From: an uncultured bacterium
GTDB lineage: Bacteria > Patescibacteriota > Saccharimonadia > Saccharimonadales > 2-12-FULL-41-12
Length of the DNA stretch: 64,000 nt
Direction: 5' to 3'
Assembly: GCA_963834265.1 (NCBI GenBank)
Contig: CAWIAU010000001.1
Span: 7,572 to 71,571 of the forward strand
A program made the translations under genes and the position numbers. Below, in pieces: positions 28,287-38,192 of the stretch (positions within the stretch are counted from its first letter, which is position 1; every line of letters starts with the position of its first letter). The notes below the pieces were generated by a model, which saw nothing but the letters and a program-made list of their open reading frames with translations, was not told the origin of the DNA and ran no database searches.

Positions 28287-29039
28287 CTAATTGGCGTCAC
28301 GCCGGACGAAGAGCAGCCAGGTGATGAATAAACCGCCTGCCAGATATACACAAGTAACAGCTATCGCATTGCCTGGTGATAGCACATTAGGCATGACTGT
28401 TGCCCCTACAGTGCTATCGAGTGCAGTAAATGGCAGATATTTGGCATTATCCCTGAGCACCAGGCTGAGCAATGGTTCAATTGTAATCGGGAAAATCAAC
28501 AATGTTCCAACAGCCATCACTACGCTCCTGGTAAGCATAGCGAGAAGCAGCCCGACCAGCGCGTAACCCATATAGTAGAATACTACTTTGCCGAGCTCTG
28601 CCAGCGCATCAATATCCTGCGGAGGCAGTGTAGCATCTCTCAGCGACAAGCCAAACATATAACATCCTAACGCTACTGCCACAGCAATTAGTCCATAGAC
28701 TATACTAAAGAGTACAATCGCCAGTACTTTCGCAAGCAGCACTCTGCCGCGGCGAACATTGGCAGTCAACGTATACATAATAGTGTTATAGCGATATTCG
28801 TGGGCCATGAATAAAATTGAGACTATACTGGCGAATAAGACACTTATTCCTGCTCCGTTGGAAACAATTTCCTGCAAAGCGGTGTCGCCCAGTGTAGAGG
28901 CCGGAGATCCTGTATTGCCCTTGTATCCCTCAAAGAAAAAACAGTACAAGGCAATTAGCGCCATCGACAAAGCAATCATTATGTAAGTAGAACGGACAGT
29001 GAAAAGCTTGCGGAATTCGGATTTCAAAGCAGGTAACAT
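28287..29039 (-). CDS. ABC-2-type transporter permease
   Basis: 250 aa with 6 TM helices; its start abuts the ATPase gene stop (29039). Confidence 0.75.
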   Translation of the reverse strand: MLPALKSEFRKLFTVRSTYIMIALSMALIALYCFFFEGYKGNTGSPASTLGDTALQEIVSNGAGISVLFASIVSILFMAHEYRYNTIMYTLTANVRRGRVLLAKVLAIVLFSIVYGLIAVAVALGCYMFGLSLRDATLPPQDIDALAELGKVVFYYMGYALVGLLLAMLTRSVVMAVGTLLIFPITIEPLLSLVLRDNAKYLPFTALDSTVGATVMPNVLSPGNAIAVTCVYLAGGLFITWLLFVRRDAN

Positions 29040-29962
29040 TATTTTTTACCTTTCTGAGCCTTCGTACTATATTCCTGTGAATCTTCGGTAAGTTCCAGGA
29101 AAGCTTCTTCCAGAGAGGCCGACTGATGAGATAGCTCCAGAACCGGCACGCCGGCTGCAAAAGCCAGCTTGCCCACATCATCGGTCTTAGCTCCGCTGAC
29201 TTTCAGACCGCCATCCAGTTTTTCGTAAGCCAGCAACCTGGCTTTCAATGCCAGTTCCAGTTTGGCAAGCTTGCTGGTGCGTATAAACGCTCCGGAATGA
29301 GCGCTGCCACTGATCAGCTTGTCGATCGAGGTATCCGCAATGAGCTTACCCTTTCCGATTACTACAACGTTATCAGCCATCTGTGACATTTCGCTCAGCA
29401 GGTGGCTCGAAACAAATACAGCGTTGCCATCATCGGCATAGTCCTTGATAAACTGCCTTAACCATGCGATACCTTCGGGATCCAGGCCATTAGCAGGCTC
29501 ATCCAGTATTAGATACTTAGGACTGCCCAATATAGCAGCCGCGATACCCAGCCTCTGACTCATTCCCAGCGAAAATTTTCCTGGTTTCTTTTTGGCTACT
29601 TCCAGTAGCCCCACAACCTCAAGTACTTCGTCCACCCTCTTATCCGGCACACTTCCGGCGGCGGCCAGTATTCTCAGGTGGTTACGGGCGGTACGCGTGG
29701 GATGAAAAGCCTTTGCCTCTAACAGTATGCCGACCATCTGAGCAGGTCTGTCAAATTCTCTAAGGTATTTTCCTTCAAATGTTGTAGAACCAGCGCCCCT
29801 GTCAAGTCCCAGCATCAGTCGCATGGTAGTGGATTTGCCGGCGCCATTCGGCCCCAAAAAGCCCGTAACCTTTCCTGTATCTACCCGAAAAGAGACATTG
29901 TCAACGGCCAGCTTCTTCTTGTACCGCTTACTGAGCCCCTTTGCGACTATCATTACCTTCAC
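29039..29962 (-). CDS. ABC transporter ATP-binding protein
   Basis: Walker A GPNGAGKST, signature SLGMSQRL, Walker B YLILDEP, H-loop SSH. Confidence 0.95.
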   Translation of the reverse strand: MKVMIVAKGLSKRYKKKLAVDNVSFRVDTGKVTGFLGPNGAGKSTTMRLMLGLDRGAGSTTFEGKYLREFDRPAQMVGILLEAKAFHPTRTARNHLRILAAAGSVPDKRVDEVLEVVGLLEVAKKKPGKFSLGMSQRLGIAAAILGSPKYLILDEPANGLDPEGIAWLRQFIKDYADDGNAVFVSSHLLSEMSQMADNVVVIGKGKLIADTSIDKLISGSAHSGAFIRTSKLAKLELALKARLLAYEKLDGGLKVSGAKTDDVGKLAFAAGVPVLELSHQSASLEEAFLELTEDSQEYSTKAQKGKK

Positions 29963-30078
29963 TATAACAGATAAAACTTTTAACTATACCCCCTGCGCAT
30001 ACTTTAGGAATGTAAGATTAATTACAGTACAGTTTTACAATTGTGTGTAGTCTTGATTATATACGTGAATAAAAATCT

Positions 30079-30846
30079 ATGCTTCTTACTTATCTCCGGG
30101 ATTTACAAATTCCCGCCGAATGGAAACGGGCTTTTAAAATTATGATAAAAGTAATCATCTTCGATGTGGACGGTGTGCTTAACACTAACTCTACGGCCGG
30201 ATACTATGCCTGTTTTGACGAAGCCCTGAAAGAGATGGGTGTTACCAGAAGCCATCAGGAGCAAAGGCGGAGAATCGGGATAACGTGGGGCAGCGTCGGC
30301 AAAGTTCATCTGGCCGGCTTGTTGAAAGAAGAGCTGGATAATCTAAGTACCGGGCAGGACCGCGAGGCTATGCTTGAAAAAGCCGATCTTATCTATGAAA
30401 AACATTTGTTCGGTAATACATTTGCCAGCCACCTCAGAGAGATTGAAGGGGGGGCCGAAGCGTTAACTCAGCTCAGGGAATCTTACATCTTGGCTTTGGC
30501 TACAGGAATGCATCCCCGATTACTAAGCATAATGCTGCATGCCTTTAATATTCCGATGGGAATATTCCGGCGAATCGAAAGCTCCTATCTATTGGAAGAT
30601 AATCAAGCCAAACCAAGTCCTTATATGCTTGAGCGAATCATGGAAGTTGTGGGCTCAGACCCTGATGAAACTATCAAAGTCGGCGATGCGTTACCGGATA
30701 TTCTAAGCGCACGGAAGGCCAGTGTTGAGCCAATATTAGTACTCAGTGGCCATCTGAATAAAGAACAGGGTCAGAACCTAGGCATAAAGCATATTATTCC
30801 GGATATAACTCAGCTTGAACCACTTCTGGCTGGCATGAAAAAATAA
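30079..30846 (+). CDS. HAD-superfamily hydrolase (phosphoglycolate-phosphatase-like)
   Basis: VIIFDVDGVL (motif I), LATGM, KPSPYML, VGDALPDI. The ATG at 30142 (MIKVIIFDVDG) is a more typical start than 30079. Confidence 0.8.
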   Translation: MLLTYLRDLQIPAEWKRAFKIMIKVIIFDVDGVLNTNSTAGYYACFDEALKEMGVTRSHQEQRRRIGITWGSVGKVHLAGLLKEELDNLSTGQDREAMLEKADLIYEKHLFGNTFASHLREIEGGAEALTQLRESYILALATGMHPRLLSIMLHAFNIPMGIFRRIESSYLLEDNQAKPSPYMLERIMEVVGSDPDETIKVGDALPDILSARKASVEPILVLSGHLNKEQGQNLGIKHIIPDITQLEPLLAGMKK

Positions 30847-30860
30847 ACCCGGAACTCACC

Positions 30861-31535
30861 TTAAGAATGGGCTTCCATTTCCAATAGCTTCAGATCCGGA
30901 ACGATTGTAAACTGTTTGTCCGTCCTGATCAGCTTTTTTTCGCGCAGTGTTTTGATATTGAGCGCAACCGTCTCGCGGGTAATGTTCAGATTGCTGGCTA
31001 TGGTTTGCTGAGTCAGAGGGACCATTATTTTGATGCCTGTTCCGCGCGGCGTACCGAACTGACGACAGTAAAAAACCAGTTGATGAGCTATCCGGTTGTA
31101 AGCATGGTGAGTCGAAAGATTCTCCATAGAATGCACCAGATAATATAACCGCGTCCCGCAAACTCTCAAAAGATCGGCATATAGAGTAGGATTTGTTTTA
31201 AACTGCGCCCCGATAACATCTTTTTCAACTGTAAATAGCCTGGCATCAGTTATGGTCTCGTAATAAAAAACTTCCGGACCGTCATAGAGACTTTGGTTGA
31301 ATAAAACGCGGAATGCGAGAGTAAGTGACAAAAGACCCCCCGGACCATTAATAATCTGAATGCTCTGATTGCCGTCGTTTGTGATGGAATAGCGCTTTAC
31401 ATAACCCTGGTCTATCAGTGTCAGCGCTTCTTTATGATCAGTTGTCTGGAAGACCTGGCCCTTGGGTATTTGCAATAGACGGCCTTTTTTGAGCATATGA
31501 TACAAGCCGGTGTCTGCAATATTAAAGTCTTTCAC
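30861..31535 (-). CDS. Crp/Fnr-family transcriptional regulator
   Basis: N-terminal cNMP-binding-like beta-roll and a C-terminal HTH (LTQQTIASNLNITRETVALNIKTLREKKLI). Confidence 0.85.
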   Translation of the reverse strand: MKDFNIADTGLYHMLKKGRLLQIPKGQVFQTTDHKEALTLIDQGYVKRYSITNDGNQSIQIINGPGGLLSLTLAFRVLFNQSLYDGPEVFYYETITDARLFTVEKDVIGAQFKTNPTLYADLLRVCGTRLYYLVHSMENLSTHHAYNRIAHQLVFYCRQFGTPRGTGIKIMVPLTQQTIASNLNITRETVALNIKTLREKKLIRTDKQFTIVPDLKLLEMEAHS

Positions 31536-31613
31536 TACTCAATAGAAACATTTTTATAGCTGACAGGTCAAGAATTAATACCACAATCTGGACAGACTTG
31601 CTATAATTGCTCG

Positions 31614-32510
31614 ATGGCCTCCTCTCCTATAGAAAATGGAAGAACTTTAGCAAACGGCCAGCTGGAAGCTGAGCAGTATAAGACAAGCAGGAATCTGGAA
31701 GCCCGCTGGGCAGTATACGACGAGCTTACTGAGCCGTTTGTTGATTTTTACGAAGCTGCCGGCGACGCGCTGGATATAAAACCGGGTGAAAGAGTGTTAG
31801 ATGTCGGAACCGGGACCGGTGCCGGTCTGCTACAACTGTATTCGCGCGAGCCCGGTGCTGATTACACCGGAGTAGACATTAACCACAGAATATACTTCGA
31901 TAGTAAAAGAAAAATTAATAGCGAAGGAATAACAAATGTAAGATTCCGGGTAGGCGACATGCAGCGCCTGATAACACCTGAGCTTCGGCCAGGATCATTC
32001 AATGTTGCCTTATCTATGTTTTCGGTGCATCATGTACCAGTACCGAGGTTTGGTCTGCTTTCACTCAGCGAAGCAATTGCACCTGACGGTAGAGCCGTAA
32101 TAGCAACAATTGATCGTGACAACAAACCACGCATGCGCACTATGCAATGTCTGGCTCTGGAAAAGTGCGGGGTTAAACCTCAGGATACACAGATTATCCC
32201 GGGCAAGTTTGATTCTACACAAGCCAAAACTGCCCTGCCACAATTTTTTGAAACAGTAGAAGTTGCTATTGTGCAGGATGCTGTAACCCGTCTTGTAACG
32301 CCTGCTGACGTAGAATGTTGGCTTGGTGCCTTATCTACCTACAGGACTGCTGTCGCAGATGGTGTAGATGCTCCTACACCGGCCCGGTGGGCACGAGCCA
32401 TCAAAGAACATGTCCGGCCTGTAATAGAGGGCGAGATCGAAAGAGATGGCGTATTCACTGATCTGGCAAAACGAACCGGATTTTTCTGCAAAACTCCGAT
32501 ATTAGCTTAG
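31614..32510 (+). CDS. class I SAM-dependent methyltransferase
   Basis: Motif I VLDVGTGTGAG, post-I DYTGVDIN, motif II-like FNVALSMF. Confidence 0.85.
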   Translation: MASSPIENGRTLANGQLEAEQYKTSRNLEARWAVYDELTEPFVDFYEAAGDALDIKPGERVLDVGTGTGAGLLQLYSREPGADYTGVDINHRIYFDSKRKINSEGITNVRFRVGDMQRLITPELRPGSFNVALSMFSVHHVPVPRFGLLSLSEAIAPDGRAVIATIDRDNKPRMRTMQCLALEKCGVKPQDTQIIPGKFDSTQAKTALPQFFETVEVAIVQDAVTRLVTPADVECWLGALSTYRTAVADGVDAPTPARWARAIKEHVRPVIEGEIERDGVFTDLAKRTGFFCKTPILA

Positions 32511-32525
32511 TAGCGGTAACATTAA

Positions 32526-33497
32526 TTAAGTTAACCGGCCCTGCAGTTTTAAAAGGAGCTCAGCTGTGTGTGTACATTGCATAAGCTCTTCCCGCATTTC
32601 TTTGGCGCCGTCAAAGCCGTTAATATAGATTTTACAAAATTTATTGAGTACATGTATGGGGTGCTCACCATTTTTCCATGTATCGGCAAACAAGCTGACG
32701 TGGCGGGCATATAACCCTGTCTTTTGTTCGCGTGTCCAACTGGTCCACAAAGACCTTTCTGCAAAAGCGAATGGGTCGTGGAAGATACCGCGGCCGATCA
32801 TAATTCCGTTCAGGCCGTGGCGCTCAGCCAGCTCCAGACCATGTGAACGATCCCGAACATCACCATTTCCTACAATCAGTGTTTCCGGAGCCATGATATC
32901 GCGCATTTTGGAGGCATTTTCGATCAGATCCCAATGGGCATCTACGGCTGACTGCTCTTTTGCAGTCCGCCCATGGACGGTCAGCATATCAATTTTTTTA
33001 GACAATAAAAATTCTATCCATTCCATATTTACTTCATTGAACCCCACTCTTGTTTTTACGCTCAGCGGCACTCTGCCGGCCAAACCATTTTTGCAGGCGT
33101 CAATTATCTCTCCGGCCAGAGCCTGGTTATTAATAAGTGCTGAGCAACAACCGTTCTTTACCACGGTCTTTACAGGACAACCCATGTTAATATCTACACC
33201 GTCAAATCCCATCTCCACGAGTTCCTGAGCAGTTTTGTAATAATTATCCGGATTTTTACCCCATAGCTGGGCAATAATCGGGTGTTCTTTATCTGTAAAT
33301 TGCAGTTTTTTGAGCAATTTGGGCCTGCCAGGCGATTGCAAACCATCAGCATTCACAAATTCAGTAAAATACAAATCAGGCGGAGCTAATTCGGCAATAA
33401 TCTGCCTAAAAACCGTATCAGTAACATCATCCATTGGTGCCAGCACAAAAAACGGGCTGGGTATGTTTTCCGTTAACTTCTCTGGATAATTATTCAT
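32526..33497 (-). CDS. dus: tRNA-dihydrouridine synthase
   Basis: LAPMDDVTDTVFRQI, DGVDINMGCP (catalytic Cys), TVHGRT. Confidence 0.9.
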   Translation of the reverse strand: MNNYPEKLTENIPSPFFVLAPMDDVTDTVFRQIIAELAPPDLYFTEFVNADGLQSPGRPKLLKKLQFTDKEHPIIAQLWGKNPDNYYKTAQELVEMGFDGVDINMGCPVKTVVKNGCCSALINNQALAGEIIDACKNGLAGRVPLSVKTRVGFNEVNMEWIEFLLSKKIDMLTVHGRTAKEQSAVDAHWDLIENASKMRDIMAPETLIVGNGDVRDRSHGLELAERHGLNGIMIGRGIFHDPFAFAERSLWTSWTREQKTGLYARHVSLFADTWKNGEHPIHVLNKFCKIYINGFDGAKEMREELMQCTHTAELLLKLQGRLT

Positions 33498-33517
33498 AGA
33501 CTGTTTATTATACAGAT

Positions 33518-35005
33518 ATGCAAAAGAGGGTAATAATTATCGGCGCGGGTACTGGCGGACTGGCGACCGCTTGTCTACTGGCAAAAGATGGATACAAAGT
33601 TACTGTCTACGATAAGAACGAGCAGCCCGGAGGGCGTAACAGCCGGTTCACTGAAAAAGGCTTTACATTCAACTATGGGCCTAGCTGGTATCTGATGCCC
33701 GATGTGTTCGAGCACTACTTCGAATTGCTGGGCGAGGATATAACTAAACACCTTTCTCTGCTAAGATTGTCACCCGGCTATCGGGTGTTTTTCAAAGATA
33801 CGCTACTTGGTGCCACAGATATATATGGTGATCCGGAACGGGACGGTACGACTTTTGAGAGTTTTGAGCCCGGGGCAAAGATTCGATTGCTGAATTATCT
33901 TGATCAGGCCGGTCAGAATTATAATCTGGCAACAGAGCATTTTTTGTATAAGAATTATGAATCGTGGCGCGACTATCAGAAACCGGCTGTACTCCGTGAA
34001 ATGAGAATGTTCAAGTTGTTAGGCACCCTGCATAAACACATTGCAAAGCAGTTCAAAAGTGTCCAGTTGCAGAAGATTCTGGAATATCCGGCTGTATTTT
34101 TAGGCGGTAGTCCCTATAACATACCGGCGCTTTACAGTGTCCTCAGTCATGTTGACCTCAATCAGGGTGTGTTCTACCCAAAAGGCGGTCTCTATGCTGT
34201 TACCGAAGCACTGGCGGCCATTGCAAAGCAGCATGGAGTGAAGATTATATGCAACCAGGAGGTTACCAGGCTTACAGTTGAGAGCAGGCAGGTCAGCGGT
34301 ATTCGCCTGAGCTCAGGGAAAACAGCATCAGCTGATATAGTAATCAGCGGAGCCGGGATACAAAATACCGAGCAGAATCTGTTGGATCCAAAAAATCGTA
34401 TGTACTCGAATCGCTACTGGAAGAAACGGGTTCATGCACCAAGTGCAATGTTGATTCATCTGGGTGTTTCGGGGAAATTGCCTGAACTGGCGCATCACAA
34501 CCTGTTATTTAGCAAGAAATGGAAATCTCACTTTGACACCCTATTTGGCAAAAAAGCATGGCCGGGAGATCCCTCAATATATATCTGCAACCCCACAAAG
34601 ACGGATCCCGATACAGCACCCAAAAATCATGAAAATCTGACCATACTTATACCCCTTGCGTCCGGACTTACTTATAGCGATGATACTCTGGAAACATACG
34701 CCAATCATATTCTGAGTAAGCTGGAGGAAACTTTACATTTGAATAACCTTCGTGCGCGAATTGTCTATAAGAAGTTATTTTGTGTGCGTGACTTCGCCGA
34801 ACGCTACAATGCACCTCAGGGCACAGCTCTGGGTTTGGCACACACATTACGTCAAAGTGCCGCATTCCGACCTTCTAACATTCATAAAAAAGTAAAAAAT
34901 CTATACTTTGTCGGTGCCGACACTACTCCCGGAATTGGCATACCGATGTGCCTGATAAGCGCCGAGCTGGTCCAAAAACGCATAATCGCTTCGCTTCAAA
35001 ATTAG
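33518..35005 (+). CDS. phytoene-desaturase-family FAD oxidoreductase (CrtI-like)
   Basis: N-terminal Rossmann fold VIIIGAGTGGLATACLLAKDGYKVTVYDKNEQPGGR and a C-terminal LYFVGADTTPGIGIPM. Confidence 0.85.
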   Translation: MQKRVIIIGAGTGGLATACLLAKDGYKVTVYDKNEQPGGRNSRFTEKGFTFNYGPSWYLMPDVFEHYFELLGEDITKHLSLLRLSPGYRVFFKDTLLGATDIYGDPERDGTTFESFEPGAKIRLLNYLDQAGQNYNLATEHFLYKNYESWRDYQKPAVLREMRMFKLLGTLHKHIAKQFKSVQLQKILEYPAVFLGGSPYNIPALYSVLSHVDLNQGVFYPKGGLYAVTEALAAIAKQHGVKIICNQEVTRLTVESRQVSGIRLSSGKTASADIVISGAGIQNTEQNLLDPKNRMYSNRYWKKRVHAPSAMLIHLGVSGKLPELAHHNLLFSKKWKSHFDTLFGKKAWPGDPSIYICNPTKTDPDTAPKNHENLTILIPLASGLTYSDDTLETYANHILSKLEETLHLNNLRARIVYKKLFCVRDFAERYNAPQGTALGLAHTLRQSAAFRPSNIHKKVKNLYFVGADTTPGIGIPMCLISAELVQKRIIASLQN

Positions 35006-35027
35006 AAGTTCTTTAAAAAACCAGAGA

Positions 35028-35273
35028 ATGTTCTTCCGACCAAGAACCAAGTCGATACTTTTGTCAGCAGCAACAAAAGTATCCAAAAACGCCGCATCGG
35101 TTGCCGAAACAAGACTGTCCCTCAATACCAGATCAGTTCGTGCCGGCAAAGACACCCGCTGGTCGGCCCCGCTTGATTATTTTTAATGAGAAGCAGGACT
35201 GGTTTGCCGTCAATAACCCGAACTGACCTGATTGAGTGTCAATCCGTTTCGGCAAATGCTGGACTGGATCCAT
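35028..35273. repeat. copy A of a ~250-nt structured repeat (second copy at 56647-56900)
   Basis: Long identical blocks are shared with copy B (ATGTTCTTCCGAC, AAGAACCAAGTCGATACTTTTGTC, CCAAAAACGCCGCA, GTGCCGGCAAAGAC, TTTCGGCAAATGCTG). Hairpins at 35030-35047 and 35054-83 (11-bp perfect stem). Confidence 0.85.
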
Positions 35274-35330
35274 GGCTAGCGGATTTACTATCAAAAACAT
35301 ACTATACAAGGATCAACCTTGTTTCAACAG

Positions 35331-36284
35331 TTACTCTATAAAAAGATTAATGATGAAAAGGCTGGCGTAGAACAGAACCACTATAGAAACGAGCCAGATG
35401 CCGATTCTGCGACGTTTCAGGAACATGCCTTTTGCGGAAACTGTCTGGCGGCCTTCAGCAAAAGGCAGACGTTCATCGCGATACGTTAAAATATTATCGA
35501 GCAGTTGTTTTTTGATTATGCCCAGCTTCTCACTCATTTCTTTAAGCTGCAACGAGGGCTCGTACATCGACCCATAAATTAGCAGTTGCTTACCGACTAT
35601 TTCTATATCATAATCATCCGCTTCAATAAGTGCCTCCATAACATCAGGTGTGATAAAGCTCATGCTGTCAATCGTGTAGTCCCTAGCAAAATATGTTGCA
35701 AAATGCTGATCAAAATCACCTTCAAGACTATGTAGCTGTTTCTTATCAAATACAGTACTAAATTGTCGGCCACGCTGTTTAAGAGAGTCAAATACGACAT
35801 TTGGTAACGCCCGCGGCAAATCGGTGCTCATAACTCCATAGTAAATAACAGCTTTTCTGTAGGTGCCATACCGGGTCTCCAGATAGGTCGCGTACTTTAA
35901 GTCTACATAGGTCCAATCGGGAGCTGTGATAGCGTTGTCGTATTGGATTTGAGTATCAGTAATCTTCAGTAGCGAAGCATTTTTTATGGCTGGGGGTGGT
36001 AAACCTTCAATGATTTTCCATTCATGTTTTTTGGCTAATTGCTTGAAAATTTCAGCTCGTTTTGTAAGCTGTTGATATTCCTTAAATAACCTGTAAAAGC
36101 CGTATAACAAAACCATACATCCGAGAAGAATTGGAATAAAAAGAATTTTCGTAACTTGTCCATCCTGCCCTATCGCTCCCGTTTTACTGGCGGCAATCAC
36201 AAAAGCCAAACCAAAAACGAGAAAGCCGGCAAAAATGTAAGTTGGCGGTGAGTACCGTATTTTAAGTAAGTCTGGTTTTCGCAT
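35331..36284 (-). CDS. membrane protein of unknown function (two N-terminal TM helices, one C-terminal TM helix)
   Basis: 317 aa. An extended -10 TGCTATAAT lies on the minus strand at 36323-36315. No catalytic motif recognised. Confidence 0.6.
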   Translation of the reverse strand: MRKPDLLKIRYSPPTYIFAGFLVFGLAFVIAASKTGAIGQDGQVTKILFIPILLGCMVLLYGFYRLFKEYQQLTKRAEIFKQLAKKHEWKIIEGLPPPAIKNASLLKITDTQIQYDNAITAPDWTYVDLKYATYLETRYGTYRKAVIYYGVMSTDLPRALPNVVFDSLKQRGRQFSTVFDKKQLHSLEGDFDQHFATYFARDYTIDSMSFITPDVMEALIEADDYDIEIVGKQLLIYGSMYEPSLQLKEMSEKLGIIKKQLLDNILTYRDERLPFAEGRQTVSAKGMFLKRRRIGIWLVSIVVLFYASLFIINLFIE

Positions 36285-36411
36285 TTTTATTCTCTAAATA
36301 TTCACTATAATCGGAATTATAGCAGAGTTTTTGGGATTTAGAGGAATGAAGCAACGAAACAGTTTTGTTAGTCTCAGGCGCAGATATAATACTATTCCTG
36401 GTGTTAACGTT

Positions 36412-37026
36412 TTATTTAAAATCTATTGATTGGATAAGATCATTGTAGATCTTTGAGTACTCTGAATTTTTATACACTTCCTCCGGAATCTCAATCCGAT
36501 AGGAGCTTTTGTCAATGAAGAATAGGGTGTTATGCGATACATGAGTACCGAGAGTAGCGTCGTACTCATATACTTTTTTGCCGTCAACGGTCTTATCTAT
36601 TCCATTTGTAACATATTTTAGTATAGGGTTATCATTACTTTTGAATTTATCAATCGTATCTAAATTTAGACTGGGAGTCATATATATTCCAATAACAGCG
36701 CCTCTGATAACTGCCAGAGAAAGTCTGGCTTCATCGATTTCGGTATCCGGTGCAATAAGCTTTATGTCCAGGAAATTGCTCTCCTCAAGATCAACTTTGC
36801 TTGACCATGATTCAGGATACTTGAATGTGAATGGTAACTTTTCTAATGCTGCGCTGTCTTTATCTTGGTTAACGACGATATTCGTGCTGTTAGATTGAGG
36901 TTGTTCTCTTTTGTCTTTGTTCGCGTTAATAACGTAAAAACCCACTCCTACAAGTACCGTTAGAGCTATAACCCCTAAGAAACTCTCAATTACACCAAAG
37001 CCTTTTGAATTAAGTTTTTCGTTCAT
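36412..37026 (-). CDS. type IV pilin-like protein (prepilin-type N-terminus)
   Basis: MNEKLNSKG|FGVIESFLGVIALTVLVGVGFYV: Gly at -1, Phe at +1, Glu at +5, then a hydrophobic helix. Paralogous N-terminus to 56910-57503. Confidence 0.7.
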   Translation of the reverse strand: MNEKLNSKGFGVIESFLGVIALTVLVGVGFYVINANKDKREQPQSNSTNIVVNQDKDSAALEKLPFTFKYPESWSSKVDLEESNFLDIKLIAPDTEIDEARLSLAVIRGAVIGIYMTPSLNLDTIDKFKSNDNPILKYVTNGIDKTVDGKKVYEYDATLGTHVSHNTLFFIDKSSYRIEIPEEVYKNSEYSKIYNDLIQSIDFK

Positions 37027-37115
37027 ACTTTATTCCCGTTATTTCTGGTTATGATTATTCTGAAAAGTATAAAGCCTAATTTTATAAATAGAAAGCGGTT
37101 CTGACTTTGGGCGAT

Positions 37116-37517
37116 TTAGAAAGCTAGTTTTTTGGCCATTTCGGCCAGGGCTTCGTGATCTGGTTCGGTCAACTGATCAGGGATATATCGGGATTCTTCG
37201 GGCGAATCAAACGGATACACGTGGACATGTGCATGCGGTACATCTTCGCCTACAACTAACTCGCCAACATAAGTCCTACCGATTACTTCCCGAATACGCA
37301 AAGCAATTTTTTTGACTGTAGACATGACAGCATAGTAGTCTTCGTCTTCTAAATCCCACACAAACTCTACCTGTTTTTTAGGTATAACAAGGGTGTGACC
37401 GGGTTGCTTAGGATGAATATCAAGAAAAGCCAGTGTTTTATCGTCTTCATAGATTTTGTGACACGGAATTTCACCTTTTATAATTCTGGTAAAAACTGAG
37501 TCTTCCATCTTACTCAC
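37116..37517 (-). CDS. HIT-family nucleotide hydrolase/transferase
   Basis: Histidine triad HAHVHVYP with an N-terminal IFTRIIKGEIP. Confidence 0.9.
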   Translation of the reverse strand: MSKMEDSVFTRIIKGEIPCHKIYEDDKTLAFLDIHPKQPGHTLVIPKKQVEFVWDLEDEDYYAVMSTVKKIALRIREVIGRTYVGELVVGEDVPHAHVHVYPFDSPEESRYIPDQLTEPDHEALAEMAKKLAF

Positions 37518-37539
37518 AAGTATACACGTATACCAAAAA

Positions 37540-37565
37540 GGATCCGCAGAAAAATCTGCGGATCC
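37540..37565 (-). terminator. intrinsic terminator of the 37601-37801 gene
   Basis: 11-bp stem GGATCCGCAGA/TCTGCGGATCC with an AAAA loop, followed on the minus strand by TTTTTGG. Confidence 0.8.
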
Positions 37566-37600
37566 CGATTTTGAGACGTCTTTGTTTGATGCTTATGCTA

Positions 37601-37801
37601 TCACTTGTCGCGCTTGACAGTCAAGAAACCGTTGCGTGGGTTTTCGTTGACGCTCATGCCTGCAGGCAAGTCAGTAGCGGTTTCTTTACGCTCGTCCTTG
37701 CTGAAGTAAAAAATTCTTTGCTTTTTGCCGCCTCGCAGGACTACTTCCTTTGAGTTCAGATGATATGTAACACCCTTACTGTTAGTATGATTGTATCCCA
37801 T
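37601..37801 (-). CDS. small basic hypothetical protein (66 aa)
   Basis: AGGGAG RBS 10 nt upstream of the ATG, with its own promoter and terminator. No motif recognised. Confidence 0.6.
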   Translation of the reverse strand: MGYNHTNSKGVTYHLNSKEVVLRGGKKQRIFYFSKDERKETATDLPAGMSVNENPRNGFLTVKRDK

Positions 37802-37844
37802 TGGTTATTCACTCCCTCTACTTACATTTACTAATGGTACCCCT

Positions 37845-37874
37845 ACCATACTCCTCTGACTTTTCACTTGTCAA
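37845..37874 (-). promoter_or_regulatory. promoter of the 66-aa gene
   Basis: On the minus strand, TTGACA (37874-37869), an 18-nt spacer, then TATGGT (37850-37845). Confidence 0.45.
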
Positions 37875-38192
37875 CCCTGTAGTGAGCTTTTCATACCATC
37901 CCCAGAGGTGGATGCATAGTTTAACAGAAGTTAAACTGATGAAAAGTCTACTACGGGGTCAACACCTTTCTTTAACCGAGCATTTGCATATCAGGAGTTA
38001 AATCCTTTTCAAATGAGTCAATTTTAAATTGCTTTTAAGATTATTTTTTGCTGTTACTGCGCTGGGTGAAAGTATATTTCTAATTGTTGTAAGCAGCCTG
38101 CCGTCGTAAAAATTTCTAACTTTGACTTGCAAGCTATTATGCTTATGCAGTACACTAAGATTCAGTAACATAACAATAACAGAGGTGGTAAA

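Noticed and set aside
35028-35195. A small ORF conserved at the start of both 250-nt repeat copies (MFFRPRTKSILLSAATKVSKNAA... here, MFFRRRTKSILLSSATKVPKNAA... at 56647).
   Set aside because: Neither copy has a usable RBS. The conserved peptide coincides exactly with two strong hairpins whose stems are conserved and loops variable. The middle shows compensating +1/-1 indels with unrelated amino acids, and the two ORFs end at different places. An RNA- or DNA-level element is more likely, though a peptide is not fully excluded.
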